A DNA stretch of 64,000 nt, taken from NCBI GenBank assembly GCA_963722385.1, contig CAVRKK010000002.1, positions 1,204,487 to 1,268,486 of the forward strand. Direction: 5' to 3'. This DNA is from an uncultured bacterium. GTDB taxonomy: Bacteria; Babelota; Babeliae; Babelales; Babelaceae. Positions 11,834-21,467 of this stretch are shown piece after piece. Every line of letters begins with the position of its first letter. Positions within the stretch are counted from its first letter, which is position 1. Under the pieces are notes generated by a model. The model saw nothing but the letters and a program-made list of their open reading frames with translations. It was not told the origin of the DNA and ran no database searches. The translations under genes and the position numbers were made by a program.

Positions 11834-12373
11834 ATGTCAAAAATTGGTAGAAAGCCTATTGAATTATCGGGCGTACAGGTTGAAATCAAAGATGGCGAGG
11901 TTCACTACAAGGGCAGGAAGGCTTCAGGTGTACATGTATTGCCACCAGAGCTTAATGCCACGCTTGATAGTAAAACGCTTAAGTTAACATTGAAATCGGA
12001 ATCAAAGCACGCTAATCAGCTGTGGGGCTTGCACCGGGCATTACTTGCCAATGAACTCAAGGGTGCTGACCAGGGATTTGAAAAGCAGTTGCGTATTGTA
12101 GGGCTGGGTTTTAAAGCTGCTCCGCAGGGACCGAATCTTCAATTTTCGCTTGGCTTTAGCCATAAAGTGGACTTTCCCATGCCTCAGGGGGTTACGGTGG
12201 AGATTGATAAATCGGGCCAGTTGCTCACCTTTAAGTCGACCGATAAAACATTGCTTGGTCTAGTATGCGGTAAGGTACGTGCATTGCGCCCACCTGAGCC
12301 TTATAAAGGAACCGGCATTCAGTATGTTAACGAAGTGATCTTGCGTAAGGCTGGCAAGGCTAAGTCAGCGTAA
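11834..12373 (+). CDS. rplF: 50S ribosomal protein L6
   Basis: MSKIGRKP, RPPEPYKGTG. Confidence 0.99.
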   Translation: MSKIGRKPIELSGVQVEIKDGEVHYKGRKASGVHVLPPELNATLDSKTLKLTLKSESKHANQLWGLHRALLANELKGADQGFEKQLRIVGLGFKAAPQGPNLQFSLGFSHKVDFPMPQGVTVEIDKSGQLLTFKSTDKTLLGLVCGKVRALRPPEPYKGTGIQYVNEVILRKAGKAKSA

Positions 12374-12398
12374 AAAATAAGCGATATGGAGTGATACC

Positions 12399-12749
12399 GT
12401 GTCTTTTGAAAAGAAATTAAGATATCGTGCACAACGGAGAAGTCGTAGAGTGCGTGAGCGCTTTAAGCTTGACCGTCCCCGTGTATCTGTCTTTAGAAGC
12501 CTGCGCCATATTTATGCGCAAGTTATCAATGACAATGAGTCAAGAACAGTGGCAGCGGTTTCATCGCTTGAGCTTAATGAGCCATCAGGTGACAAGAAAC
12601 AGCGAGCACATAATGTTGGGCTGGAGCTTGCACGACGTGCCCGTGCAGAGGGAGTTACAAGGATAGCTTTTGATCGTGGTTCCTTTCGGTATCATGGGCG
12701 TGTCAAGGCCCTTGCCGATGGGTTGCGTGAGGGTGGTCTTGAATTTTGA
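12399..12749 (+). CDS. rplR: 50S ribosomal protein L18
   Basis: PRVSVFRS, FDRG..RYHGRVKALA. Confidence 0.98.
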   Translation: MSFEKKLRYRAQRRSRRVRERFKLDRPRVSVFRSLRHIYAQVINDNESRTVAAVSSLELNEPSGDKKQRAHNVGLELARRARAEGVTRIAFDRGSFRYHGRVKALADGLREGGLEF

Positions 12750-12769
12750 AAGTATGACAGGATTAAATA

Positions 12770-13279
12770 ATGGCTGATAAAACATTTATTGATACCGTTG
12801 TTAGCGTGAATCGGGTTACCAAGGTGACGCAGGGCGGAAAGCGCTTTACGTTTTCTGCTTTTGTTGTTGCTGGTAATCAGGAAGGTGAGGTCGGGACAGG
12901 CTTAGCGAAGAGCCGCGAGGTATCTTCAGCTATAGCTAAAGCGACGGTGCTTGCCCATAAAAATCTTATTACGATGGCTCGCCGGGGCAACACGATCCCT
13001 TATGAGGTGATTGGAAGGCATGGTGCTACGCAGGTAATTATTCGACCAGCTTCCCGCGGGACGGGACTTATTGCTGGTGGCGCTGTGCGTGCGGTAATGA
13101 AGGCGTTAGGTATTACTGACGTGCTTGCAAAAACGGTTGGACCATCCCGTTGCGGTCAAAATGTGGTAAAGGCGACGTTGAATGCTCTGGCCCAATGCCG
13201 CTCTGCTGAGCAGCTTGCCCAGATGCGAGGAAAGTCGGTTAAAGAAATAGCACGAGGTGGCGGTCATGTTGGCGCTTAA
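12770..13279 (+). CDS. rpsE: 30S ribosomal protein S5
   Basis: RVTKVTQGGKRF, GTGLIAGG. Confidence 0.99.
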   Translation: MADKTFIDTVVSVNRVTKVTQGGKRFTFSAFVVAGNQEGEVGTGLAKSREVSSAIAKATVLAHKNLITMARRGNTIPYEVIGRHGATQVIIRPASRGTGLIAGGAVRAVMKALGITDVLAKTVGPSRCGQNVVKATLNALAQCRSAEQLAQMRGKSVKEIARGGGHVGA

Positions 13280-13709
13280 TAATTTGCGCTCTGCGGGTAA
13301 GGCCCGCAAGAGAGTCGGACGCGGTGGTGCTCGGGGAGCAACTTCCGGGCGGGGTTTTGGTGGCCAAAAGGCGAGAACGGGTGCTGGTGTTGGCGTTCTT
13401 TTTGAAGGCGGCCAGATGCCGTTAACGCGTCGATTGCCTAAGCGAGGCTTTTCGAATGCGCGGTTTGCCAATCGGTTTGACCTTGTTAGCTTGGGTAGAT
13501 TGAATGATGCTTTTGATGCGGGTGCCTTGGTGACGTATGAAGCGCTCGTTGAGCATGGGCTCATTAAAAAGAGCACCAAGCGCTACAAGGTGCTTTCTGA
13601 AGGAACACTCCTTAAAAAATTGACCGTACATGCACATGCTTTCAGCGGCGCGGCGCGCCAGGCTATTGAAGAGCATGGAGGCCAGGCTATTGTACTAGGG
13701 GAGGTATAA
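13266..13709 (+). CDS. rplO: 50S ribosomal protein L15
   Basis: RVGRG, FEGGQMPL.RRLPKRGF; overlaps rpsE stop. Confidence 0.98.
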   Translation: MLALNNLRSAGKARKRVGRGGARGATSGRGFGGQKARTGAGVGVLFEGGQMPLTRRLPKRGFSNARFANRFDLVSLGRLNDAFDAGALVTYEALVEHGLIKKSTKRYKVLSEGTLLKKLTVHAHAFSGAARQAIEEHGGQAIVLGEV

Positions 13710-13712
13710 AGC

Positions 13713-15026
13713 GTGGTCCTTTTAAAGAACATTAAGAATATTTTTTTAATACCAGAGCTTGTAAAAAAGATTGCTTTTACGCTGGGAGTTCTTATTATCT
13801 ACCGTATTGGTACGTTTATACCAGTTATTGGTATTAATGTTCCGATGGTCGGGGAGCATATGAAGCAGGCTGGCAGCTTGGGTGGACTGCTCAGTTATTT
13901 AGATACGTTTTCGGGTGGTGCTCTTGAGAACTGTACGATCTTTGCTCTGGGAATTGGACCTTATATTACCGCATCTATTATGATGCAGATGCTGACGATG
14001 GCGGTGCCGAAATTAGAAGCGCTTGCCAAAGAGGGAGATTATGGGCGGCGTATGATTAACCAGTATACGCGCTATCTCGCCGTTATTTTGAGCATAGGGT
14101 ATAGCTTAGGGTACGCTACTTACCTTGAGAATGCTAACCTGGTGTTAACGCCGGGCCTTGCCTTTAAAGCGCTTTTTGTTCTTTCGTTGACGGTGGGTTC
14201 TATTTTTGTCATGTGGCTTGGCGAGCAGATTTCGCTTATGGGAATTGGCAATGGTAGCTCGCTTATCATTTTTGCGGGGATCATTTCGCGGTTTCCTGAT
14301 TATATTGCCCGAACGTTGTACTGGGTCAAGATTGGCAATATGAGTGGCCTCGCTGCTGTCTTTGTGCTTTTGCTGTTTCTTGCGCTTGCTGCCTGCGTTG
14401 TCTTCTTGGAAAAGGGCGATCGCAAAATTCCCGTTCAGTATACGCGGCGTGTTGTTGGGCAGCGTGTCTATGGTGGTCAAACAACCTATATACCCTTTAA
14501 GATTAACCCAGCGGGTGTGATGCCGGCGATTTTATCGTCATCGGTGCTCGGCTTACCGCTTTTTGTAGCTTCCATGTTAGCGCACCGATTTCCAATGTTG
14601 AGGGCGGCGACCGAGGTCTTAAGCGTTAATGGCGTTGTTTATAATATTTTGCAATTTGCGCTTATCGTATTTTTTACGTTTTTCTATACGGCCCTGTTGT
14701 TTAACGCCCAGGAGCTCGCCGACCAGCTGAAAAAAGGTGGTGGGTTTATTCCTATGGTTCGCCCAGGCAAGCAGACGGCTGACTACTTTGATTACGTTTT
14801 GACGCGCATTGCATTTATTGGGGCTATTTATTTGGGCTTCCTGGCGATTGTGCCCAATGTGGCCATAGCAGCGCTTAAGGTTCCTTTTAATCTTGGGGGG
14901 ACATCGCTCTTAATTGTGGTTGGTGTTGCTCTCGAGACGGCTGCTCAGATTGAAACATATCTTATCGAGCACCGCTATGAAGGATTTTTGACAACGGGCC
15001 GGCTCAAAGGAAGGACTGCGCGCTGA
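13713..15026 (+). CDS. secY: preprotein translocase subunit SecY
   Basis: GIGPYITASI, GIGNGSSLIIF, RPGKQT, GGTSLLIVV. Confidence 0.99.
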   Translation: MVLLKNIKNIFLIPELVKKIAFTLGVLIIYRIGTFIPVIGINVPMVGEHMKQAGSLGGLLSYLDTFSGGALENCTIFALGIGPYITASIMMQMLTMAVPKLEALAKEGDYGRRMINQYTRYLAVILSIGYSLGYATYLENANLVLTPGLAFKALFVLSLTVGSIFVMWLGEQISLMGIGNGSSLIIFAGIISRFPDYIARTLYWVKIGNMSGLAAVFVLLLFLALAACVVFLEKGDRKIPVQYTRRVVGQRVYGGQTTYIPFKINPAGVMPAILSSSVLGLPLFVASMLAHRFPMLRAATEVLSVNGVVYNILQFALIVFFTFFYTALLFNAQELADQLKKGGGFIPMVRPGKQTADYFDYVLTRIAFIGAIYLGFLAIVPNVAIAALKVPFNLGGTSLLIVVGVALETAAQIETYLIEHRYEGFLTTGRLKGRTAR

Positions 15027-15138
15027 GATAGATTTTTTGATAAAATTTGGTAAACTTATATCTGATAATCATAAAATTTGGAAAAGGCACTTTTGTTCGA
15101 TTTTTAGCTTTTGAAGGCGGGAGAATGAGTTTAGGCGT

Positions 15139-15894
15139 ATGATTACCATCAAAGATAAGCGAGCTCGTGATAAGATGGCAGCTGCAGGGCAACTGCTTGC
15201 GCAGGTCTTTGCTGAGATAGCCCCTTATCTGCGGGAGAATATGAGTACGCTTGATATCGATACGCTGATAGCGCAGGAGCTGAGTCGCAAGAAGCTTGTG
15301 TCGCAATCAAAGGGCTACAAAGGGTATCAGCATGTAAGCTGCATATCAGTTAACGATGAGGTGGTTCATGGTGTACCACGAGCGAGCAAAGTGCTTAAAA
15401 GCGGTGATTTAGTTAAGATTGACGTGTGCGCGTCATTTGATGGCTACTGTGCGGATATGGCACGCTGCTTTTTTGTTGGTCAGCAGGCTCATGCGAGCTC
15501 GGAGCGCTTGGTCGATGTTGCCTATAAGGCTCTTGACCGAGGCATTGAAAATGCGGTAGTGGGCGGTCGCTTGAGCGATATTTCGGCTGCTATTCAGGAA
15601 GAGGTCGAGAAGCATGGTTTTGGTGTCGTTAGGGAGTTTGCAGGGCATGGCATTGGACGATCAATGCATGAAGATCCTGAAATAGTAAACTATGGCAAGA
15701 GGGGTCACGGGCCGCTCTTAAAGGCCGGTATGGCATTTGCACTGGAGCCGATGATTACTCTCGGGAACCATGATATTTGTATTTTGTCTGACGGCTGGAC
15801 AGCAAAGACGCGGGATGGTAGTCTGGCAGCACATGTTGAAGATACAATTATTATAACGGAAAATGGTCCACATATTATAACAAGGCTGGCGTAA
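15139..15894 (+). CDS. map: methionine aminopeptidase type I
   Basis: [30 protein letters not shown]. Confidence 0.98.
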   Translation: MITIKDKRARDKMAAAGQLLAQVFAEIAPYLRENMSTLDIDTLIAQELSRKKLVSQSKGYKGYQHVSCISVNDEVVHGVPRASKVLKSGDLVKIDVCASFDGYCADMARCFFVGQQAHASSERLVDVAYKALDRGIENAVVGGRLSDISAAIQEEVEKHGFGVVREFAGHGIGRSMHEDPEIVNYGKRGHGPLLKAGMAFALEPMITLGNHDICILSDGWTAKTRDGSLAAHVEDTIIITENGPHIITRLA

Positions 15895-15899
15895 AAAAT

Positions 15900-16148
15900 A
15901 TGGCCAAGAAGGAAGATGTTGTCCGTGTTGACGGCATAGTAAAAGAAACGTTACCCAATGCTATGTTCCGCGTTGAGATTGAAGGGGGACATACGGTATT
16001 AGGGCATGTTTCGGGTAAAATGCGTATGAACTATATTCGTATTTTGCCTGGCGATAAAGTTGCTTTAGAGTTGTCGCCTTATGATTTGACGCGAGGAAGA
16101 ATCGTATTACGGTATAAGAGCGAGAAGGCTGAAAAGACAGAGTCGTAG
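15900..16148 (+). CDS. infA: translation initiation factor IF-1
   Basis: [23 protein letters not shown]. Confidence 0.99.
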   Translation: MAKKEDVVRVDGIVKETLPNAMFRVEIEGGHTVLGHVSGKMRMNYIRILPGDKVALELSPYDLTRGRIVLRYKSEKAEKTES

Positions 16149-16168
16149 AGCTATTTAAAGGATTTAAG

Positions 16169-16285
16169 ATGAAGGTTAGGACATCAGTAAAAGTTATTTG
16201 CCGGGATTGCCGCATTATAAAGCGCAAGGGCGTTGTGCATGTTAAGTGTACAAAGAGCCCTCGCCATAAGCAGCGTCAAGGTTAA
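16169..16285 (+). CDS. rpmJ: 50S ribosomal protein L36 (not in ORF track)
   Basis: manual translation [38 protein letters not shown]. Confidence 0.98.
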   Translation: MKVRTSVKVICRDCRIIKRKGVVHVKCTKSPRHKQRQG

Positions 16286-16304
16286 ATAAGCTTAAGAGGA
16301 TCGT

Positions 16305-16691
16305 ATGGCACGAATAGAAGGTGTAGAGTTACCTCGCAACAAGCGTATAGAGTACGGATTAACGTATCTTTTCGGGATAGGGCTTACGCGCTCCCGGCTT
16401 ATTCTTGACAAGCTTGGTATTAATTTTGATAAGCGGGTGAAGGACTTGGCAGATACGGAAGTCGCCGCTATCCAAAAAGAGGTTGGCAGTTACGCTGTTG
16501 AAGGTGATCTTCGAAAAAGGATCATGGGTAATATCAAGCGGCTTCAAGAGATTGGCTGTTATCGTGGCTTGCGCCATAAAAGGGGATTGCCGGTGCGTGG
16601 CCAGAGAACTCGGACGAACGCGCGCACACGTAAAGGCCCACGCAAGGCTGGTTCAATTGTAGCCCTTAAGCGTAAAGTAACAAAGAAATAA
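16305..16691 (+). CDS. rpsM: 30S ribosomal protein S13
   Basis: [25 protein letters not shown]. Confidence 0.99.
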   Translation: MARIEGVELPRNKRIEYGLTYLFGIGLTRSRLILDKLGINFDKRVKDLADTEVAAIQKEVGSYAVEGDLRKRIMGNIKRLQEIGCYRGLRHKRGLPVRGQRTRTNARTRKGPRKAGSIVALKRKVTKK

Positions 16692-16699
16692 AGGATAGA

Positions 16700-17083
16700 A
16701 TGGCTTATAAGAAAAAATCCAAAAAGATTAAGCGTCAGGTCGAGACAGCGGTGGTGCATGTGCGCTCTACGTTCAATAACACGCTCGTTTCGATAACGAC
16801 ACCAGAGGGCGATGTTTTGTTGCGCGGCAGTTCTGGTAAGTTGGGCTTTAAAGGTACGAGAAAGGGAACGCCGTTTGCGGCTACCCAGATCGGCTCCACA
16901 TTAGCACGTGAAATGGCTGTTTTAGGCATCAAAAACCTTGAAATCAACCTTCAGGGGCCTGGATCAGGAAGAGACTCGCTGGTACGTTCATTGCAATCGG
17001 CGGGATTTGGCATTTCGGTGCTTCGCGATGTAACGCCGTTGCCTCATAATGGTTGTCGGCCACCGAAAAAGCGCCGTGTATAA
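16700..17083 (+). CDS. rpsK: 30S ribosomal protein S11
   Basis: STFNNT, DVTPLPHNGCRPPKKRRV. Confidence 0.99.
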   Translation: MAYKKKSKKIKRQVETAVVHVRSTFNNTLVSITTPEGDVLLRGSSGKLGFKGTRKGTPFAATQIGSTLAREMAVLGIKNLEINLQGPGSGRDSLVRSLQSAGFGISVLRDVTPLPHNGCRPPKKRRV

Positions 17084-17120
17084 AACGCATTAGTCTATTT
17101 TGCTATAAGTACGGATAACG

Positions 17121-17687
17121 ATGGAAAAAAGAACTTCAAATGTGGGAGCGCGTACTGATCGCTCTGAGTCGTCTCGGCCTACAACGAGGACTCGTAAAAA
17201 GAGTGAGTATGGTCGGCAGCTCGAGGAAAAGCAGAAGGTTAAAGAGATGTATGGCATGAGGGAGCGGCAGTTTCGGCGCTTTTTCAGCCTTGCACTTCGC
17301 AGTAAAGAAGCGACTGGTGAGCGGTTATTAAGCCTTCTTGAGAGCCGATTGGATAATGTGTTATTCCGGCTTAAGTTTGCAACGACACGTCGGCAAGCGC
17401 GGCAGATTATTGCGCATGGGCATGTTTTAGTGAACGGCAATAAAGTATCCTCGCCTTCTTATTTGGTGGCGGTTAATGACGAAATTAGCCTATCCCCGGC
17501 GGTAGCTTCTAAAGAAGCATTTATGCAGCAGGTCGTGGAAAAGCGGCTCCATTCGAGCGGCAAGGTACCCGACTGGCTTGAGCTTGATAGAAAGGCGCGT
17601 ATGGGGCGGGTATTACGGCAACCGGTGCGCTTAGACGTTCAAGCGCCTATTGAAGAATACTTAATTGTTGAGCTCTATTCCAAATAG
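17121..17687 (+). CDS. rpsD: 30S ribosomal protein S4 (divergent, short N-terminus)
   Basis: SEYGRQLEEKQK, LESRLDN, ARQ..AHGH, IVELYSK. Confidence 0.97.
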   Translation: MEKRTSNVGARTDRSESSRPTTRTRKKSEYGRQLEEKQKVKEMYGMRERQFRRFFSLALRSKEATGERLLSLLESRLDNVLFRLKFATTRRQARQIIAHGHVLVNGNKVSSPSYLVAVNDEISLSPAVASKEAFMQQVVEKRLHSSGKVPDWLELDRKARMGRVLRQPVRLDVQAPIEEYLIVELYSK

Positions 17688-17714
17688 AGGTGAGTCTAAC
17701 TTGTGGGAGATGCG

Positions 17715-18782
17715 ATGGTAACTAAGAAGGATTTTCAGTCCTTGACCCTTCCCCGGCTTACATGGAACAAGGCAATGCTCAGTGAGACCCACGGCGAATT
17801 GGTAGCTCAACCGCTCGAGCCTGGTTTTGGTATAACATTGGGGGGAGCTCTCCGTCGGATTTTGCTTGGGGGAGTGGAAGGATCCGCCGTTACCGGGGTG
17901 ATCATTAAGGGTGTTAATAATGAGTTTTCCGTTATTGACGGAATAATTGAGGACGCTATGCAAATAGTGCTCAATTGCAAAGAAATTATTGTAAAGAATA
18001 AAACGGGTCAGCCGGGCAAGATGCACCTTGTGGTTTCAGGGCAGGCAGCAGCTACGGTGGGCGATATTAAAGCTGACGAGCACCTTGAGCTTTTAAATAA
18101 AGATCATGTGATTGCGCATGTCGCGCAGGGTGGCGTTCTGGATATCGAGTTTTTTGTGGATGCGGGACGTGGATATCAGCCAGCGCAGTGGCCGATCGGC
18201 AAAGCACTCCAGGAAGACAATAGAATTTATCTTGATGCTATGTTTTCGCCGGTGCGCCAGGTTACGTATGGCGTAGAAAAGACCCGCGTTGGTCGTGATA
18301 TCGATTATGATAAGCTGACCATTAATATAATAACGGATGGTACGCAAACTCCCGTAGATGTTTTGCACTATGCGGTGTCGGTGCTTCGGACCCAGCTTGA
18401 GCACTTTTTGGCTTTGCCAGAAATTCCATTTAATGAAATTTCTCGCCAACAAGCCGACAATGGTCAGGAGGCAACCGACCAGGGCCAGGACTCGAAATAC
18501 AAGGGGGTTCCGCTTGACCTGCTGTTCAAGCCTATTGACGTTCTTGAGTTTCCTGCACGTGCCCACAACTGCTTGGCCAAGGCTGGCATTAAGCGCATTA
18601 TTGATCTGGTCAATCTATCAGAAGACGAAGCTTTGAAAATTAAGAATTTTGGGCGCAAGTCTTTTGACGAGGTCAAAGAAGCAATGAAGACCTTTGGGCT
18701 TTCTTTTGGTATGGGTATCAAAGAGGCCGAGGTTAAGAAATTATATGGCAAAGAGGTTGATTATGATGCATCAGAGCGGTAG
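17715..18782 (+). CDS. rpoA: RNA polymerase alpha subunit
   Basis: PLEPGFGITLG..LRRILL, DAMFSPV, alpha-CTD KNFGRKS. Confidence 0.98.
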   Translation: MVTKKDFQSLTLPRLTWNKAMLSETHGELVAQPLEPGFGITLGGALRRILLGGVEGSAVTGVIIKGVNNEFSVIDGIIEDAMQIVLNCKEIIVKNKTGQPGKMHLVVSGQAAATVGDIKADEHLELLNKDHVIAHVAQGGVLDIEFFVDAGRGYQPAQWPIGKALQEDNRIYLDAMFSPVRQVTYGVEKTRVGRDIDYDKLTINIITDGTQTPVDVLHYAVSVLRTQLEHFLALPEIPFNEISRQQADNGQEATDQGQDSKYKGVPLDLLFKPIDVLEFPARAHNCLAKAGIKRIIDLVNLSEDEALKIKNFGRKSFDEVKEAMKTFGLSFGMGIKEAEVKKLYGKEVDYDASER

Positions 18783-19122
18783 AAGAAAGCTTAACCTTGA
18801 TTCGGGGCATCGTAAAGCGCTTCTTCGTAACCAGACCATTTTACTTATTACACATGGTCACCTAACGACTACTAAGGCGCGTGCGCAAGAGGTACGTAAG
18901 TTTGCTGAAAAGCTCGTTACTCTCGCGCGTGAGGGCAATACTTTTAACGCCCGTCGCCGCGCCAAAGCATTATTGCCTTACAAGGAAGAAGCTTTGGTTA
19001 AGCTTTTTAATGAAATAGCGCCCCGCTATACAAGTCGCCCAGGCGGGTATACGCGACTTATACGGCTTGGTAAGCGAGCAAGCGATACGGCTCAGGTCGC
19101 TCGCCTTGAATGGGTAGTATAA
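18763..19122 (+). CDS. rplQ: 50S ribosomal protein L17
   Basis: HRKALLRN, TTTKARA, RPGGYTR. Confidence 0.98.
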   Translation: MMHQSGRRKLNLDSGHRKALLRNQTILLITHGHLTTTKARAQEVRKFAEKLVTLAREGNTFNARRRAKALLPYKEEALVKLFNEIAPRYTSRPGGYTRLIRLGKRASDTAQVARLEWVV

Positions 19123-19131
19123 TTGGAATTT

Positions 19132-19169
19132 TAATTAACAAAGCGGAAATTAATCCGCTTTGTTAATTA
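19132..19169. terminator. bidirectional intrinsic terminator
   Basis: perfect 16-bp stem TAATTAACAAAGCGGA/TCCGCTTTGTTAATTA with 6-nt loop between convergent genes. Confidence 0.85.
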
Positions 19170-19194
19170 TGCTAATAGCTATCGAGTTATTCTA

Positions 19195-19623
19195 TTACCA
19201 ACTCATTTCTCTTCCCGAGCGGTAACCTTTTACAAAGCCCTTACCGGCCCCGCGCATTTTGCCGTGACGTAAGCCAGTCTTGTAGCCATGTTTATAGCCC
19301 TTCATGTAGGCTCTAGCTCTCTTTGCTACCTGTTTTCGCACCATTTTCTTTGCCGTGCCTACGGCCTCTTCGACCTCCGAAGGGTACATCAATACATGGG
19401 CTGCGGCTTCACCTGGTCGTACTAAAACAGGTTCTTTGGCCGTCCACGTCATCCCTTCTTCTTCCATTTGCCTTCTTGCTTCGGCTGATTCGGGCAATTC
19501 AGCCCGACCAAGTGCTGCTTCACGTCGATGCCTCATCGACATAGCCGACTCACCTGGCATTTGCGAGTAAAGGGCTGATGACAACGCGGTGCTGAGTAAA
19601 AATGCAATTGCTAGCTTCTTCAT
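19195..19623 (-). CDS. secreted hypothetical protein (tandem signal-peptide family, copy 3)
   Basis: MKKLAIAFLLSTALSSALYSQ; AAGGAG RBS; C-terminal GYxxG repeats. Confidence 0.75.
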   Translation of the reverse strand: MKKLAIAFLLSTALSSALYSQMPGESAMSMRHRREAALGRAELPESAEARRQMEEEGMTWTAKEPVLVRPGEAAAHVLMYPSEVEEAVGTAKKMVRKQVAKRARAYMKGYKHGYKTGLRHGKMRGAGKGFVKGYRSGREMSW

Positions 19624-19677
19624 AGGAAATCTCCTTGTTTATATGGTTGTTTCGGTTATTAATATTCTCTAAATTTG

Positions 19678-19830
19678 TTATTCTTGTACGACTATATCAC
19701 CATCTTGCTCTACTGTAACAACAGGTGGTTCTGGTAGGTACGCTTCTTCTGGTGATAGCACATGAATCTGAGCGGCAAGGGTAGGTACCAATATGAGGCT
19801 CAGTAAAAGTCCAATTGCTAGCTTTTTCAT
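19678..19830 (-). CDS. 50-aa secreted peptide (copy 2; not in ORF track)
   Basis: manual translation MKKLAIGLLLSLILVPTLAAQIHVLSPEEAYLPEPPVVTVEQDGDIVVQE*; GGGAG RBS. Confidence 0.7.
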   Translation of the reverse strand: MKKLAIGLLLSLILVPTLAAQIHVLSPEEAYLPEPPVVTVEQDGDIVVQE

Positions 19831-19847
19831 AGAAATTCTCCCTTGTT

Positions 19848-20090
19848 CTAGGTTTCATGAGGATTAGGCTCGACTAACTCCTGGCTTTCCCATTTTTCGA
19901 CGGGGAAGGGAGGAGCTACGATTACTTCCCTACCTTCTTCGATTGCCCCAGGCCGTTCCCACCGTTCAGGAACTACGGTTATACCTGCGGGCGCCTCTGG
20001 TTCTAATACTGATGCACCTGTACGAATCTGCGCGTGAAGGGCAGATGATAGCGCGGCAGTCAGTAAAAGTATAATTGCTAACTTTTTCAT
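19848..20090 (-). CDS. 80-aa secreted peptide (copy 1)
   Basis: MKKLAIILLLTAALSSALHAQ; AAGGAG RBS; P/E/V-rich mature part. Confidence 0.75.
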   Translation of the reverse strand: MKKLAIILLLTAALSSALHAQIRTGASVLEPEAPAGITVVPERWERPGAIEEGREVIVAPPFPVEKWESQELVEPNPHET

Positions 20091-20238
20091 AGAAATCTCC
20101 TTTTGTTTAACTGGATGTTTCTATTATTATTTATATCAGAAATTAATTATCAAATTCAATAGTTTTTATTATATTATAAACATTATTAGCCGCAGGAATT
20201 TTTTTCAGGGGGCAAGTGTGGAGTTGGAACAACTTTAG

Positions 20239-21462
20239 TTACTTATTGATAAGCTTGCGGTATTTTTCGTAGAGTTTAGGCGACGTCGTTTCAATCCCCT
20301 CGGGAGTTATCCGATTGGCGGTACCGAGTGTGATCTTGGAAGGTTTTGCAAGCTGGCTATAGATTGGCGATAGCGATTGGGGAAGGTATTGAGTAACCCA
20401 CGTCCTTGCTTGTTGGGCTTTTTGATAATAGACATTATAGTTCTGATAAACATCAAGCAATGCTTGGGCAACATCATCAACTGAGCAAGAAAAAAACTCT
20501 CCTTGAAAGTTATTGAATACCGGATAATAAGCGCGCTGGCTAATTGCTGCTGGCACAGCTTTTACCAATCCAGTCGCGGCAATGGTATGATGGGCGGTAG
20601 CGTCTGATACAATAACCGGAATACCGAGCGCGAGCGCTTCGCGGGGGGTAATCGAAAAGCCTTCCCCTTTTGAAACAATAACGTAGCAGCTAAAAGAGGA
20701 CATAAGCTGCAGGTATTGAGCAGGATCAAGGTTATCAATCGTAAGAATAACGTTTCTTAACTTGTGGTTATTGATTTCTCGCTGGATCATCTCTCGCACT
20801 GAAAAATTGTCGTAGCGAGCATTGATACGCAGTTGTACGTCCTTGCGGTTGCCAAATGCTTTGGCAAATGCTTGAAGTAAAACGCTATGATTTTTGCGTG
20901 ATTCGAGGGCGCATGTGTTACCAAATACAAAGGGCTTAGAAGTCTTTTTTGTGCTCTTTCGGGCCAGCGCTGGCTCAAGGGAAAGGCTGAGCGGGATAAC
21001 AAAGATAGGAATCTGGACGCCCGAGTCTTGATAAACGCGAACCAGCCACTCATCAGGCACGATGACCGCGTCAAAATGCTTATTAAGAGTGCTTGTCCAT
21101 TGCGGGTGTAATTTTGTCGATTCAATCATTGAATAGGCGATTTTGATAGGAGCATTTTTGGGCAAGCGCGCGAGATAATTATAGGTTGGTGACCACAACA
21201 TATCGGTAAAGAGGACCACATTGGTCGCTTTTTGAGGGCGTTTTACCAGACTGCGCGCTGATGCGGGCATAACATCAGGCAGGCGCCGCGTTGGTATAAA
21301 GTTGACGAAGATGTCCTTGTGGAAGCACCGGGCCAGCTCGAGCGTGACTTTTCCTAGCCCATCTTCAGGCTGAATATACCCCACCAAGGTCAAGCTTGCC
21401 TCAAACGCCAATGAGCTTTTAAAATATATAATCAAAAAAATTATGCTGATCAGTTTTCTCAT
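20239..21462 (-). CDS. GT-B (GT4-like) glycosyltransferase with signal peptide
   Basis: RKN motif and SKGEGFSITPREALALGIPVI (EGF-x-E). Confidence 0.85.
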   Translation of the reverse strand: MRKLISIIFLIIYFKSSLAFEASLTLVGYIQPEDGLGKVTLELARCFHKDIFVNFIPTRRLPDVMPASARSLVKRPQKATNVVLFTDMLWSPTYNYLARLPKNAPIKIAYSMIESTKLHPQWTSTLNKHFDAVIVPDEWLVRVYQDSGVQIPIFVIPLSLSLEPALARKSTKKTSKPFVFGNTCALESRKNHSVLLQAFAKAFGNRKDVQLRINARYDNFSVREMIQREINNHKLRNVILTIDNLDPAQYLQLMSSFSCYVIVSKGEGFSITPREALALGIPVIVSDATAHHTIAATGLVKAVPAAISQRAYYPVFNNFQGEFFSCSVDDVAQALLDVYQNYNVYYQKAQQARTWVTQYLPQSLSPIYSQLAKPSKITLGTANRITPEGIETTSPKLYEKYRKLINK

Positions 21463-21467
21463 AGCCC

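Noticed and set aside
862..18751. Many antisense and alternate-frame ORFs in the ribosomal operon, and 30426..30857 opposite the H1-like gene
   Set aside because: Shadow ORFs of conserved or low-complexity genes without recognisable motifs.
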